64,000 nucleotides of DNA from a bacterium. Its GTDB lineage: Bacteria; Oederibacteriota; JAAXVQ01; JAUVAV01. The stretch spans positions 10,498 to 74,497 of the forward strand of contig JAIORK010000050.1 in the NCBI GenBank assembly GCA_021108215.1, given 5' to 3'. The notes under the pieces are model-generated. The model worked only from the letters and a program-made list of their open reading frames with translations, had not been told where the DNA came from and did no database searches. The position numbers and the translations under genes are program-made. Shown here piece after piece: positions 20,253 to 29,916 of the stretch. Position 1 is the stretch's first letter. Each line of letters begins with the position of its first letter.

Positions 20253-20292
20253 AGGAACTTGGGAGATCGTACGCGTCTCTTTAATATTTTTT

Positions 20293-20370
20293 AGAAATAA
20301 AAAACCCCGCACCTTTCGGTGCAGGGTTTTTTATTTCTGGCGAGGCCGAGTAGACGAGTTTCGCACCTGG
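20293..20370. mobile_element. Distal att junction J3 (hairpin + tRNA-Asp 3' end copy + element arm)
   Basis: AGAAATAAAAAACCCCGCACC-TTTC-GGTGCAGGGTTTTTTATTTC|TGGCGAGG|CCGAGTAGACGAGTTTCGCACCTGG. Confidence 0.85.
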
Positions 20371-20464
20371 GGCCGGACCTGTCCGGCGAATGCCGCATGA
20401 AATTGGCGGCTTAGTGTTGTCCCTGCCAAATCTAATGTGTCAGGTAAATACTGTCTCTGTACAT

Positions 20465-22375
20465 TTAATGTACAATTGCAAGCTTAAGTACTTCGAATTT
20501 TTTCCCATTTTTATTTATTTTCGCGATATAAAAGCCCGGGGCCAACTCTTGACTATCCAAGATAATTACCTGTCCGTGCCCTGCTAATAACTCCTCAGTT
20601 ACAGTAATAGTTTTTTCTCCGGACATATTGTAAATCACAATCTCTATACTAGCAGCATTATCCAGATGCATCAAAAATTTAACTTCATCGCTAGCAGGAT
20701 TGGGATAAGCTAATACTTTTTTCCCGTTCAAATCCAACCCAGCCAAAGCATTGATAGGAGTTGTGGTTAAAGTTATAGTCATTGAGGCCTCAATTATAGT
20801 AACTGTAGGACTTGCGGTTGGTGTATTTGTAATGGTTGCTGTAGGTGTAGCTGTCAAAGTAGGCGTATATGTTTGAGTTGCAGTATTAGTATTAGTATTA
20901 GTAACTGTGGGTGCAACATTGGTAACTATCTGGGTATTTGAAAAAACTGATGTATTATTCGTTCCGCCTTTTGCAGTTGCGATTACAGTTTCACCATCTA
21001 AACAACTAGTACCTGGATTAAAATTCCAGAAACCTGAACCATCAGCAGTCGTAGAACCCACAAAACGCAGAGTATCACTACCATCTGTAGTTACAAATAC
21101 TTCAATATAATCATTAGCACCTGAGATGCCGCTGACCACAATGTTTTCTGCAGCATAATTGATCACAGGTGCAGTACCGGGTGCACTACTGCTATCTACA
21201 ATCATATTCGTGCAAGCTACCATGGTATTTCCATTACTCTCATTATTCGTAGAAATTACTACTGACCCATCTCTAAACCAAATAGCACTGCCAGTAGCAC
21301 TCGAAAACAAATTGCCATTACCATTAGTTAATCCAATATAATTATTCGCTCCACCATATATATCAATTGCATAAGCCAGCGCTGTGGTACTACCATCCGG
21401 CAAAATACCAAAACGATTGTTAACCAAGGTATTGTATTGAGCTAAATTGGAAGCATTGATAGCGCTTTGGCGCATAAGTATCCCCTTACCAAAACTATTA
21501 CCTTCGATCCAGATTCCATCACTACCACCTACAAAAATTGACCAATTTCCATTGGAAATCACTGCATCTCCAGTAGCATTGATTGAAAAATAATTGCCTA
21601 CAAACCGATTGTTATCTCCAACATTTGTAGTAGCAATGTAAATACCATTACTAGAATTACCTGCTATTATATTTCCAGCACCAGCTACTAACCCACCAAC
21701 CAATAAATCACTAACCGTTGCATTAATATGTATGCCCGTTGCTTGTACTCCTAAACCAGCGCTCCCATCAATGTTGGTTCCAATATAATTCCCGCAAATA
21801 GAATTCGAATCAGACTGTCCCCATAAATAAATCCCAGCATTAATATTACAAGAAATTACATTTCGTTGCGCTGCAATCAATCCGCCAATAATATTATTTG
21901 GACTGGAACGAAAATATATACCGTTTGAATTACTTTGATCTGTTGCGCTATTATAATCCGTGCCGATCAAACAACCCGTAATAGTTATTCCAGATATTCC
22001 AGTAAAATTTGTCTGAATTGCATTCTCACTATTAATCAGCACTAAATCATTAATAATTGAATTACTACTACCAGTATCAAAATATAATAATGTTACTCCT
22101 GAAGAAGTTCCGGTTGACTGAATTGTGGTTCCGTAACCTTCTATAATCACTTGATCAGATATAGATAAATCAGCAGTCAATGTGATTGGACCAGATACAT
22201 TAAAATCAATTGTATCAGTTACACTTGTGCTGAGATCCGAAAAACCTATAGCTTCGCGCAAGGAACCTGTTCCATCATTTGCTGTACTAGTAACTGTGTA
22301 AGTGAGAGCAGAAACTTCAGAGACAATTAAAATCAATACAAAAATTGATACTACAAATCGAAATACTTTTTTCAT
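20465..22375 (-). CDS. Secreted beta-helix protein with Thr-rich linker and T9SS-like C-terminal domain
   Basis: AAGGAG RBS; signal peptide VSA-LTYTVTSTANDGTGSLREAI; GNYIGT repeats; TPTLTATPT linker; AYPNP...IYNMSGEK...LAPGFY...LKLAIVH; paralogue of 5258-8341. Confidence 0.88.
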   Translation of the reverse strand: MKKVFRFVVSIFVLILIVSEVSALTYTVTSTANDGTGSLREAIGFSDLSTSVTDTIDFNVSGPITLTADLSISDQVIIEGYGTTIQSTGTSSGVTLLYFDTGSSNSIINDLVLINSENAIQTNFTGISGITITGCLIGTDYNSATDQSNSNGIYFRSSPNNIIGGLIAAQRNVISCNINAGIYLWGQSDSNSICGNYIGTNIDGSAGLGVQATGIHINATVSDLLVGGLVAGAGNIIAGNSSNGIYIATTNVGDNNRFVGNYFSINATGDAVISNGNWSIFVGGSDGIWIEGNSFGKGILMRQSAINASNLAQYNTLVNNRFGILPDGSTTALAYAIDIYGGANNYIGLTNGNGNLFSSATGSAIWFRDGSVVISTNNESNGNTMVACTNMIVDSSSAPGTAPVINYAAENIVVSGISGANDYIEVFVTTDGSDTLRFVGSTTADGSGFWNFNPGTSCLDGETVIATAKGGTNNTSVFSNTQIVTNVAPTVTNTNTNTATQTYTPTLTATPTATITNTPTASPTVTIIEASMTITLTTTPINALAGLDLNGKKVLAYPNPASDEVKFLMHLDNAASIEIVIYNMSGEKTITVTEELLAGHGQVIILDSQELAPGFYIAKINKNGKKFEVLKLAIVH

Positions 22376-22458
22376 TTATTCACTCCTTAATTTTGCTAAT
22401 TAATATCCATAGGTTAACACCATTTAAATTAAATTACGATTAAAAACATTTCGACCCC

Positions 22459-22600
22459 TGTTATAATCGGACAAAACTAAATAGTAGAAATCTGCTATGC
22501 TAAGAGCCTCAAAATCAGGAGACAAAACAGTGAGCAAAGGCAAAAAATGGACATCGGAAGAAAAAATGGCAGCAGTTATGGAAGGGCTAAAAGGTCGGCC
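22459..22600 (+). mobile_element. 5' fragment of an IS (IS3-like OrfA HTH start)
   Basis: AGGAG + GTG 22530: MSKGKKWTSEEKMAAVMEGLKGRP then similarity stops; left boundary tentative. Confidence 0.55.
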
Positions 22601-22613
22601 AGCTCGTGCTAGG

Positions 22614-23231
22614 GTCGAGTAGCCCAGAGGCATCTCACTTCCAGGCTCTCACAGAACCGTACTTAAATCTCTCAATTCATACGGCTCTTACTGTTCGGCC
22701 ATTATGATTAACATAATGACTTGCTTCATGACTAAAGTTCCTCCGGTTTTTCAACAGTTGACAATAGTCACCAAGCTGAACAGTTCGGTCCCGCAGCGAA
22801 ACTTCCATTACAGAAGCTTCTTCACTACTACGAACCGATCGCCCCTATATCATGCCTTGGTACTCACAACCTAACACCGTGCTACGATGCTTGGATGGCT
22901 CCCTTTACATCATGATATAGGTTCCCACGTTCTCCGTAAAAGCCCGAACAGAGCTCATGCCACCTCTATGCCGGATGCCGCACAGCCAGTAAACACGTTT
23001 CCGCTATGCTTGTCCCAAGATTCCAGCAACACCTTGGTTTTGACATCATCATTTTGACTTTCGACACTTTATCAGTGGTTCACTTTCGTTCATCTTCTCT
23101 GTTCATACCTCACCTTGACGCTCACCACCATGTCTTTTGAACACAGCAGCTCAAGGCGGTTTGGCACCTGCTCGTGCAAGCCGATGCCGAAGGACCGACC
23201 CCTTCATCTCTTACGAAACTTCGTGGCACAC
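22614..23231 (-). ncRNA. ORF-less group II intron (subgroup IIB, class D/RmInt1-like), ~618 nt
   Basis: 5' GTGTGCCACG; domain I hallmarks (GAGCTGCTG, GGTGGTGAGCGTC, GAACGAAAGTGAACC, GGGAACC); 34-nt domain V GAGCCGTATGAATTGAGAGATTTAAGTACGGTTC (22654-22687) with AGC triad and GNRA loop; domain VI ending CTACTCGAC; no RT ORF. Confidence 0.9.
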
Positions 23232-23349
23232 TGCCGGAGTTCAAATGTTCAAATAACACTCCACTATTCCTACCATTTCAAAACGCTAATTTCCAGATAA
23301 TAAAATCCGTTCAATCTTCGGATGCTCAAATACCAGCACCAAGCAACGC

Positions 23350-23421
23350 TTCCCGATTGGAGGTCGCAATTTGCGATCTCCAATTTTCTGTTTCTTGCTT
23401 GGGTAACCAGAACATAAAATC
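23350..23421 (-). pseudogene. ORF6N-domain fragment
   Basis: DFMFWLPKQETENWRSQIATSNRE resembles the ORF6N DFMFQL...RSQ..TS motif; contains palindrome ATTGGAGGTCGCAATTTGCGATCTCCAAT. Confidence 0.65.
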
Positions 23422-23464
23422 TCCAGCCAGCTCAATTTAAATTGACTCGATAATTCACGAAAAT

Positions 23465-23599
23465 CGAACAATAGAGCAGTTGAGCAGCAGACCGCCCTAA
23501 ACCACGTAGGGTTTAGGGCTTCAGAAATAAAAACCCCAGTCCTTATTGGACTGGGGTTTTTATTTCTGGCGGGGCCGAGTAGACGAGTTTCACAACTGG
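23465..23599. mobile_element. Internal att junction J2 (attP-like: both element arms joined)
   Basis: ~73 bp nearly identical to 26454-26527, hairpin CCCCAGTCC-TTATT-GGACTGGGG, TGGCGGGG core, then 33 bp matching 20338-20370 at 30/33. Confidence 0.88.
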
Positions 23600-23742
23600 T
23601 GCCAAGAAAAACCGGCTGCTCAAATTAGCTTTTACATATAGTGATCGTCCATTATTATAGACTGAATTAATTATTTTTATTTTATTTCATTGAAATAAAA
23701 CCTACACAAACCTAAAAAACCGATTTTCTCTCTAAGACTGCA

Positions 23743-25059
23743 TTATCGCCTCTCATGACGTTCGTTATCTTGCGGAGTAAGCGTAATGGTTTTATCATAA
23801 TCCGATAATAACTTCGAAATACCAATAGCTTGGATTTCTTCATTGGCAGCACCATCAAGATTTAATTGAAGCTGACAGTTATCACATTTGCGATCACAAA
23901 ATACCGGTTCATAAGAATCCGGCTCTTTATAGGTTGTAATAACACCTTCAAAATTACGAAGAATAACTTTGTTCGTAGACCAACTGATCAGATATTGAGG
24001 CATAACAGGTATTTTCCCTCCACCTCCAGGAGCATCGATAACGTAAGTAGGCACTGCAAAACCGCTGGTATGACCAATAAGATTTTCCATTATTTCCATA
24101 CCCTTGCCAACCGGTGTACGGAAATGATTTAATCCTTCGGCCAAATCACACTGATATAGATAATAAGGACGCACACGATTCTGTACGAGTTTATGCACTA
24201 ACCGCTTCATTATCCTTGGACAATCATTAACACCAGCTAAAAGTACTGATTGATTACCTAGTGGTATTCCGCTATCAGCCAATTTGGCCAATACTTCTTT
24301 AGAAGAATTGGTGATTTCTCTTGGATGATTAAAGTGCGTGTTTATCCAAAGCGGATGATGTTTTTTCAATATATTTACTAATTCATCGGTAATACGATAA
24401 GGCAAAACGACCGGCATACGTGTCCCTATCCGAATAACTTCTACATGGTCAATAGAACGCAATTCTGTCAAAATCCAATCGAGGTAATCATCACTTAACA
24501 TCAACGGATCACCACCGGAAAGCAATACATCACGCACTTGTGGTGTTCGGCGAATATAATCCAATCCTGCTTGAATGGTTTTACGATCAGGGATAAAATC
24601 AACATCCCCGACCTTTCTCTTTCTGGTGCAATGTCGGCAATACATCGAACACATATTGCTGATCAGAAAAAGAACACGATCAGGGTAACGATGCGTGATA
24701 CCCGGCGCAGGTGAATCTTTGTCTTCAGCCAAAGGATCATTCATGTCATACTGAACCTTTTCCAGTTCGTGAATAGAAGGAAAAGATTGCAAAAAAACAG
24801 GATCATTCTCAAGATCTGCTTTATCAATCAGCGATAAATAATAAGGTGTAATCGAAAGCGGAAATTTTTCCAGTGTTTCTTCCAAATCTTTTCTTTTTTC
24901 AGTGGTAAATCGAACATCCAGTAGCTTTTCAAACAAAGCAACCGAAGTAATGCGATGCTTTAATTGCCAACGCCAATCATTCCACTGATCAGTGGTATTC
25001 GTTTGATCAATCTTATTGGCAATCGTTTCCTGATGATTTGATAAATCTTTATTCGTCAT
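23743..25059 (-). CDS. ablA: Lysine 2,3-aminomutase
   Basis: [72 protein letters not shown]; C-terminal CDRKCDNC..L as in AblA. Confidence 0.95.
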   Translation of the reverse strand: MTNKDLSNHQETIANKIDQTNTTDQWNDWRWQLKHRITSVALFEKLLDVRFTTEKRKDLEETLEKFPLSITPYYLSLIDKADLENDPVFLQSFPSIHELEKVQYDMNDPLAEDKDSPAPGITHRYPDRVLFLISNMCSMYCRHCTRKRKVGDVDFIPDRKTIQAGLDYIRRTPQVRDVLLSGGDPLMLSDDYLDWILTELRSIDHVEVIRIGTRMPVVLPYRITDELVNILKKHHPLWINTHFNHPREITNSSKEVLAKLADSGIPLGNQSVLLAGVNDCPRIMKRLVHKLVQNRVRPYYLYQCDLAEGLNHFRTPVGKGMEIMENLIGHTSGFAVPTYVIDAPGGGGKIPVMPQYLISWSTNKVILRNFEGVITTYKEPDSYEPVFCDRKCDNCQLQLNLDGAANEEIQAIGISKLLSDYDKTITLTPQDNERHERR

Positions 25060-25069
25060 ATTTCATCCT

Positions 25070-25984
25070 TCATACTATAGTTTTATTCCAGATATTCATT
25101 GATTCCCAACCGGTTGGCATGCGGCAATTATTCACCAAGCGCCCGCCATAGCCATAACCCAATTTTGCAAAAGCAGCATTGATGCCAACAATAGGCGCAC
25201 GACAAAGTGTATAGTAATCAACAATTCCAAATACGTCCTTCAAAACCCGTTCAAGTTCTCCAAGCAAAACCAGCATCAAACCATGTCCACGATAGTCCGG
25301 ATCGGTTGCACAATCTGTTAATTCAGCTGTTTTTCGTCCATGATCGATTTCAGCTGAAGCACAAGCGATCATTTCATTTTTTTCGTTTTCAACAAACAAA
25401 AATAACGAATCCTTATTTTGAATATTTTGAGCAATCGTTGCCGGTTCCAAAGAAGATGGATAATCAGAAAATATTTTTTTGAGTAAGCCGCTCAATCCGG
25501 CGGCATCTTCTGTTTTGGCTATTTGCACATCAAAATCATTTTGTATCCGAGCCGGATCAATCACCGGTTTTGATTGAACAGATGTGACGATCTTATTTTG
25601 TTCACCTGCACGATCATCTTGCCCCCGATGGTCAGACAAAAAAAAAGACCAAATTACCGAGTCAAGATGACTCTTAAAAAAACCATTAATCTTCCCTTCT
25701 TTGACAAAACCTATTTCTTGCCAAGCTTGATCATCCCCCTGCGTGGTGTACACAATAATCTTTGAAAATACCAGATCAGCATTTGCAGAAGATACAGGCG
25801 GAGAACATTGAGCTTGTATATCAGCAATCGTCACACCATATAACTTCACACGCTCATTACGGGGATCAAAAACAGACTCAAAATCTTTTTGTCCAAACCG
25901 AATAGACATTGAAATCGTCTTTTTGCTATTGATTGCTTTTGGTGTACCAAATGCCTCGTGTAAATAATGTTGAAGTTCAAGCAT
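25070..25984 (-). CDS. ablB: Putative beta-lysine N-acetyltransferase (GNAT)
   Basis: DPRNERVK, SKIIV, GFVKEGKINGFF, ACASAEID...AELTDCATDPDYRGHGLM, YTLCRA..GIN..F..LGY.YGGRLVNNC, ESMNIWNK; adjacent to ablA. Confidence 0.85.
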   Translation of the reverse strand: MLELQHYLHEAFGTPKAINSKKTISMSIRFGQKDFESVFDPRNERVKLYGVTIADIQAQCSPPVSSANADLVFSKIIVYTTQGDDQAWQEIGFVKEGKINGFFKSHLDSVIWSFFLSDHRGQDDRAGEQNKIVTSVQSKPVIDPARIQNDFDVQIAKTEDAAGLSGLLKKIFSDYPSSLEPATIAQNIQNKDSLFLFVENEKNEMIACASAEIDHGRKTAELTDCATDPDYRGHGLMLVLLGELERVLKDVFGIVDYYTLCRAPIVGINAAFAKLGYGYGGRLVNNCRMPTGWESMNIWNKTIV

Positions 25985-26074
25985 AATTCTATTCCTTTTA
26001 CATCAATGCTTTTTTCACAGCATCTTGCGAAACTTTGTTCGTACTGAGTACATCTTCAACCGATTGATCAATCC

Positions 26075-26395
26075 GGTTGTGTTAAATTTTTGGGTGTGAA
26101 TTCATCTTAGAGCGCACACTGGTTATGGAGCTACAAACTCATAACCCAAACGACGTGTACGCCATGAAAAGTGTATCACAAATAATCCAAAAACAAACTC
26201 ACCAACAGCTCAGAAACCGCACCCGTGAAAGTATCCAACCCGGAACGATCCAGGCTGTCTTTGCCCAAGAAATCAATTCCATTATCGGAGATGCTCTCAA
26301 TGCCCAATTGGTTGCTGAGCGGGATGCCGCCCTGGGCTGCGCTGCTTACGAACGCAAATCCGGGGCATCCCGCAACGGCTTCAAGTCAATCAAAG
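26075..26395 (+). mobile_element. Truncated IS256-family element (left end + transposase N-terminus)
   Basis: ALNAQLVAERDAALGCAAYERKSGASRNGFK matches IS256 N-terminal E....LG...YER...RNG[YF]; end-like GGTTGTGTTAAATTTTTGGGTGTGAA at 26075. Confidence 0.7.
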
Positions 26396-26453
26396 AAAAC
26401 CGGGGAGGTGTGGAGTTCCTCACGCCCACAATGCCTTAAAAAGCTCAAAAACA

Positions 26454-26564
26454 CGAACAATAGAGCAGTTGAGCAGTAGACCGCCCTAAACCACGTAGGG
26501 TTTAGGGCTTCAGAAATAAAAAACCCCACACCGAAAGGTGCGGGGGTTTTTATTTCTGGCGGGG
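26454..26564. mobile_element. tRNA-proximal att junction J1 incl. terminator hairpin
   Basis: CGAACAATAGAGCAGTTGAGCAG.AGACC, hairpin GCCCTAAACC-ACGTAG-GGTTTAGGGC, hairpin AGAAATAAAAAACCCCACACC-GAAA-GGTGCGGGGGTTTTTATTTC abutting tRNA CCA. Confidence 0.88.
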
Positions 26565-26633
26565 TTGACGAGGCTCGAACTCGCGACCTCCTGCGTGACA
26601 GGCAGGCGCTCTAACCAACTGAGCTACAACCCC
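26557..26633 (-). tRNA. tRNA-Asp(GTC)
   Basis: GGGGTTGTAGCTCAGTTGGTTAGAGCGCCTGCCT-GTC-ACGCAGGAGGTCGCGAGTTCGAGCCTCGTCAACCCCGCCA, 77 nt, encoded CCA. Confidence 0.98.
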
Positions 26634-26766
26634 GCGAACACAGTGAGCAGCTCTGCTGTTCTGCTGATCCGCTGTTCAATGTTTAACTTCTCCAGATTCG
26701 AGTTTTCCCTACTTTCAAATTTTTACTCTCAATTGCTCTGCTTTTTCATCCCCAGGACGAAAAAAC

Positions 26767-26843
26767 TGGTGGGCGAAACAGGACTCGAACCTGTGACCCC
26801 CTGCTTGTAAGGCAGGTGCTCTAACCAACTGAGCTATTCGCCC
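26767..26843 (-). tRNA. tRNA-Val(TAC)
   Basis: GGGCGAATAGCTCAGTTGGTTAGAGCACCTGCCT-TAC-AAGCAGGGGGTCACAGGTTCGAGTCCTGTTTCGCCCACCA, 77 nt. Confidence 0.98.
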
Positions 26844-26960
26844 AAAATTTTGCTTCACAAAATTTAGAGCAATTGAGCAACCAAAGGTTCAATTGCGGTC
26901 TATTGTTCAACTGCTCAATTTTCATGTAATATTATCCTGCCCAACAACTAAGGAAAAACA

Positions 26961-26988
26961 ATAATACTAAAATTTCTTAACAAGTCAA
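26961..26988 (-). promoter_or_regulatory. Putative promoter of tRNA-Val/tRNA-Asp
   Basis: TTGACT-16bp-TATTAT preceded by an A-tract. Confidence 0.55.
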
Positions 26989-27031
26989 GATTTTTTTCTT
27001 AAAAGTCACTGCCCTGTTATCCAGAGACTTT

Positions 27032-27523
27032 TTACCCTTTTTTCTTTTTTTTCAAAGGTTTTTTTACTTTTCGCAGGTCCAGCAAAACTGCAATTTCATT
27101 ACAATTGGGGAAATGCGGGCACTTGATGCAGTCGCTCCAAACCTTGTGCGGCAATATTTCCCGTTTGATCCGCTTAAATTTAAGCTTTTTAAAAAAAACC
27201 GGAACATAGGTCAGAGCAAAAAACTGCTGTATCTTCAATTCCCGTCCCTCTGCCAAACAGGCCTCCACCAATTTCCGTCCCAGCCCTTTTCCCTGATACG
27301 CAGGTTTGACTGCCAGTGATTTAATCTCCGCCAGGTCGTCCCAGCTGATATGTAACCCGCAGACTCCGACCAGCGTATTGCGGGCAATCACAACAAAATA
27401 GTCCCGGATGTTTTCATAAATCTCCGACAAGGACCTTCCCAGCATTTCACCTTTTTTCGCCCGGCTGTTTATCAGCTGATGGATGGCAATGGCATCTTCC
27501 AAGGTTGCTTTGCGGATCATCAT
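27032..27523 (-). CDS. GNAT N-acetyltransferase, short ArgA-type (N-acetylglutamate synthase)
   Basis: ML.RSLSEIYENIRDY, WDDLAEIKSLAV, FALTYVPVFF, LPHKVWSDCIKCPHFPNCNEIA. Confidence 0.82.
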   Translation of the reverse strand: MMIRKATLEDAIAIHQLINSRAKKGEMLGRSLSEIYENIRDYFVVIARNTLVGVCGLHISWDDLAEIKSLAVKPAYQGKGLGRKLVEACLAEGRELKIQQFFALTYVPVFFKKLKFKRIKREILPHKVWSDCIKCPHFPNCNEIAVLLDLRKVKKPLKKKKKG

Positions 27524-28054
27524 TTCCCTGCCACACTTTCCGTGCCCTTTTGCAAAGCAACCAAATTAACCTGCAGGCGTTCCTGTTTGTTGGCAAACCG
27601 GTGCTGAAGTATTTCCCGGATCGGTTCCATATGTACACCGGGGACGATGGCAAGAAAAGCGCCCAGCATAACCAAATTCAAGGGCCCGTTCTCCGGATAA
27701 ATCTTATTGGCAATACTTGATGCAGGAATCGAGATTACTTCCGAACTTTCATTTTCTGCCGGTTGCGAGGCCAGATCTGAGTTAACCAATATTTTTCCGT
27801 TTTCCCTGATAAGTGCACCATAGGTGTTGCGCGCCCGCTGATCAAATGCAATCAAAATATCCGGATGCTTAAAAATAGGTGTGTAGACTTCTTTATTTGC
27901 GACCACCACGTAACAAAATGAGGGACCGCCCCGCCGTTCGGCGCCATAGGTAGGCACATACGTTGCCACCAGGTTTTGCTGCACTGCCGCCCGGGCCAGC
28001 AGCTGCCCGTCAAATTGAATGCCCTGCCCGCCTGAGCCGGCAATAATGATCCGG

Positions 28055-28062
<8 letters not shown>
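27520..28062 (-). CDS. 2-oxoacid:ferredoxin oxidoreductase gamma subunit
   Basis: IIIAGSGGQG, PTYGAERRGG, NLVMLGA; start at MFNRIII. Confidence 0.9.
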
Positions 28063-28821
<759 letters not shown>

Positions 28822-28825
<4 letters not shown>

Positions 28826-29916
28826 CGCAGCACCTCCATCGCCTGATCCACAATATCTTCCGCAATCGGGATCGCGCCGCCCGGATTCTGAATCAGACGG
28901 ATATCAACATCTTTAAGACTCTTTTCCCGGGCAATGGCAAGTTGTACATCCTCAATATATTGACCCATGCTCATCTCAACCACGATAAACTTAGAAAGCC
29001 GTTTTGCCAAGTCGGTCAATTCCCGGGTCGGGAAAGGCCACACTGTTATAGGCCTGAACAAACCTGCCTTAATGCCTTTTTTCCGGAGCAACTCCTGGGA
29101 CTGTTTGGCAATCCGCGCACTACTGCCATAACCGGTTAAAACAATTTCCGCATCCTCACATCCGGTCATTTCCACCCGGGTTTCATTAGCTTCAATTTCT
29201 GCATATTTTTTCCCAAGTTTATAATTATGCGCTTCCAAAGCACCCGGCTCCATCAACAGCGAGCGAATGAGCCGTGGTTTCCGGCCTTTGGCACCTGTCA
29301 AAGCCCAGTCCTTGGGCGGCAATTCCCTGCCCCGAAGCAATCCACGCAGACGCTGGGTCTCAGGATCAGGAAACACGACTTTTTCCATCATCTGCCCCAG
29401 CAAACCATCCGCCAAAACCAGAACCGGATTGCGATACAAATCAGCCAGATCAAAAGCATCCATGGTCAATTCAACCAATTCAGTCACTGTATGCGGTACC
29501 AGCACAATGGTCCGGTAATCACCATGTCCGCCGCCGCGAGTGGATTGCCAGTAATCACTCTGGGACGGAGAAATGTTACCCAGACCGGGACCACCCCGCA
29601 TAACATTGGCAATCACGCCCGGCAATTCACAGCCGGCCATATAGGAAATCCCTTCCTGTTTCAGAGAAATCCCGGGTGAAGAGGATGATGTCATCGCCCG
29701 CGCACCCACAACTGCTGCCCCAAAAACCATATTGATGGCTGCCAGTTCTGATTCTGCCTGTAGAAAAGTACCGCCCACCTCCGGCATGCGGCGCGACATA
29801 TATGCCGGAACCTCATTTTGAGGTGTGATCGGGTAACCAAAATAAAAACGACACCCTGCCCGAATGGCAGCTTCCGCCATGGCATCATTACCTTTCATAA
29901 AAACCGCTTCGCTCAT
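28822..29916 (-). CDS. 2-oxoacid:ferredoxin oxidoreductase alpha subunit (VorB-like)
   Basis: MKGNDAMAEAAI.AGC..YFGYPITPQ, QAESE, TSSSSPGISLKQEG, RGGPGLGNI, GGGHGDY. Confidence 0.93.

Larger units (their letters stand above)
20338..23566. mobile_element. tRNA-Asp-anchored cassette A (3229 bp, no recombinase)
   Basis: Bounded by junctions J3 and J2; AT-rich cargo gene plus mobile-element debris. Confidence 0.75.
23567..26556. mobile_element. tRNA-Asp-anchored cassette B (2990 bp, no recombinase)
   Basis: Bounded by J2 and J1; carries ablB-ablA and an IS256 remnant. Confidence 0.8.

Noticed and set aside
20209-20400. 63-aa ORF spanning junction J3
   Set aside because: Runs through a terminator hairpin with no RBS; only the WRGRVDEFRTW part is informative and is treated as an att arm.
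22614-23231. Retron or DGR
   Set aside because: No reverse transcriptase ORF or TR/VR pair in the window; sequence matches group II intron domains.
20293-26564. CRISPR array or classical integron
   Set aside because: Repeats are ~3 kb apart with no cas genes; no intI and no RYYYAAC/GTTRRRY attC boxes seen at the junctions.
26538-26810. 90-aa ORF
   Set aside because: Antisense translation of the two tRNA genes.
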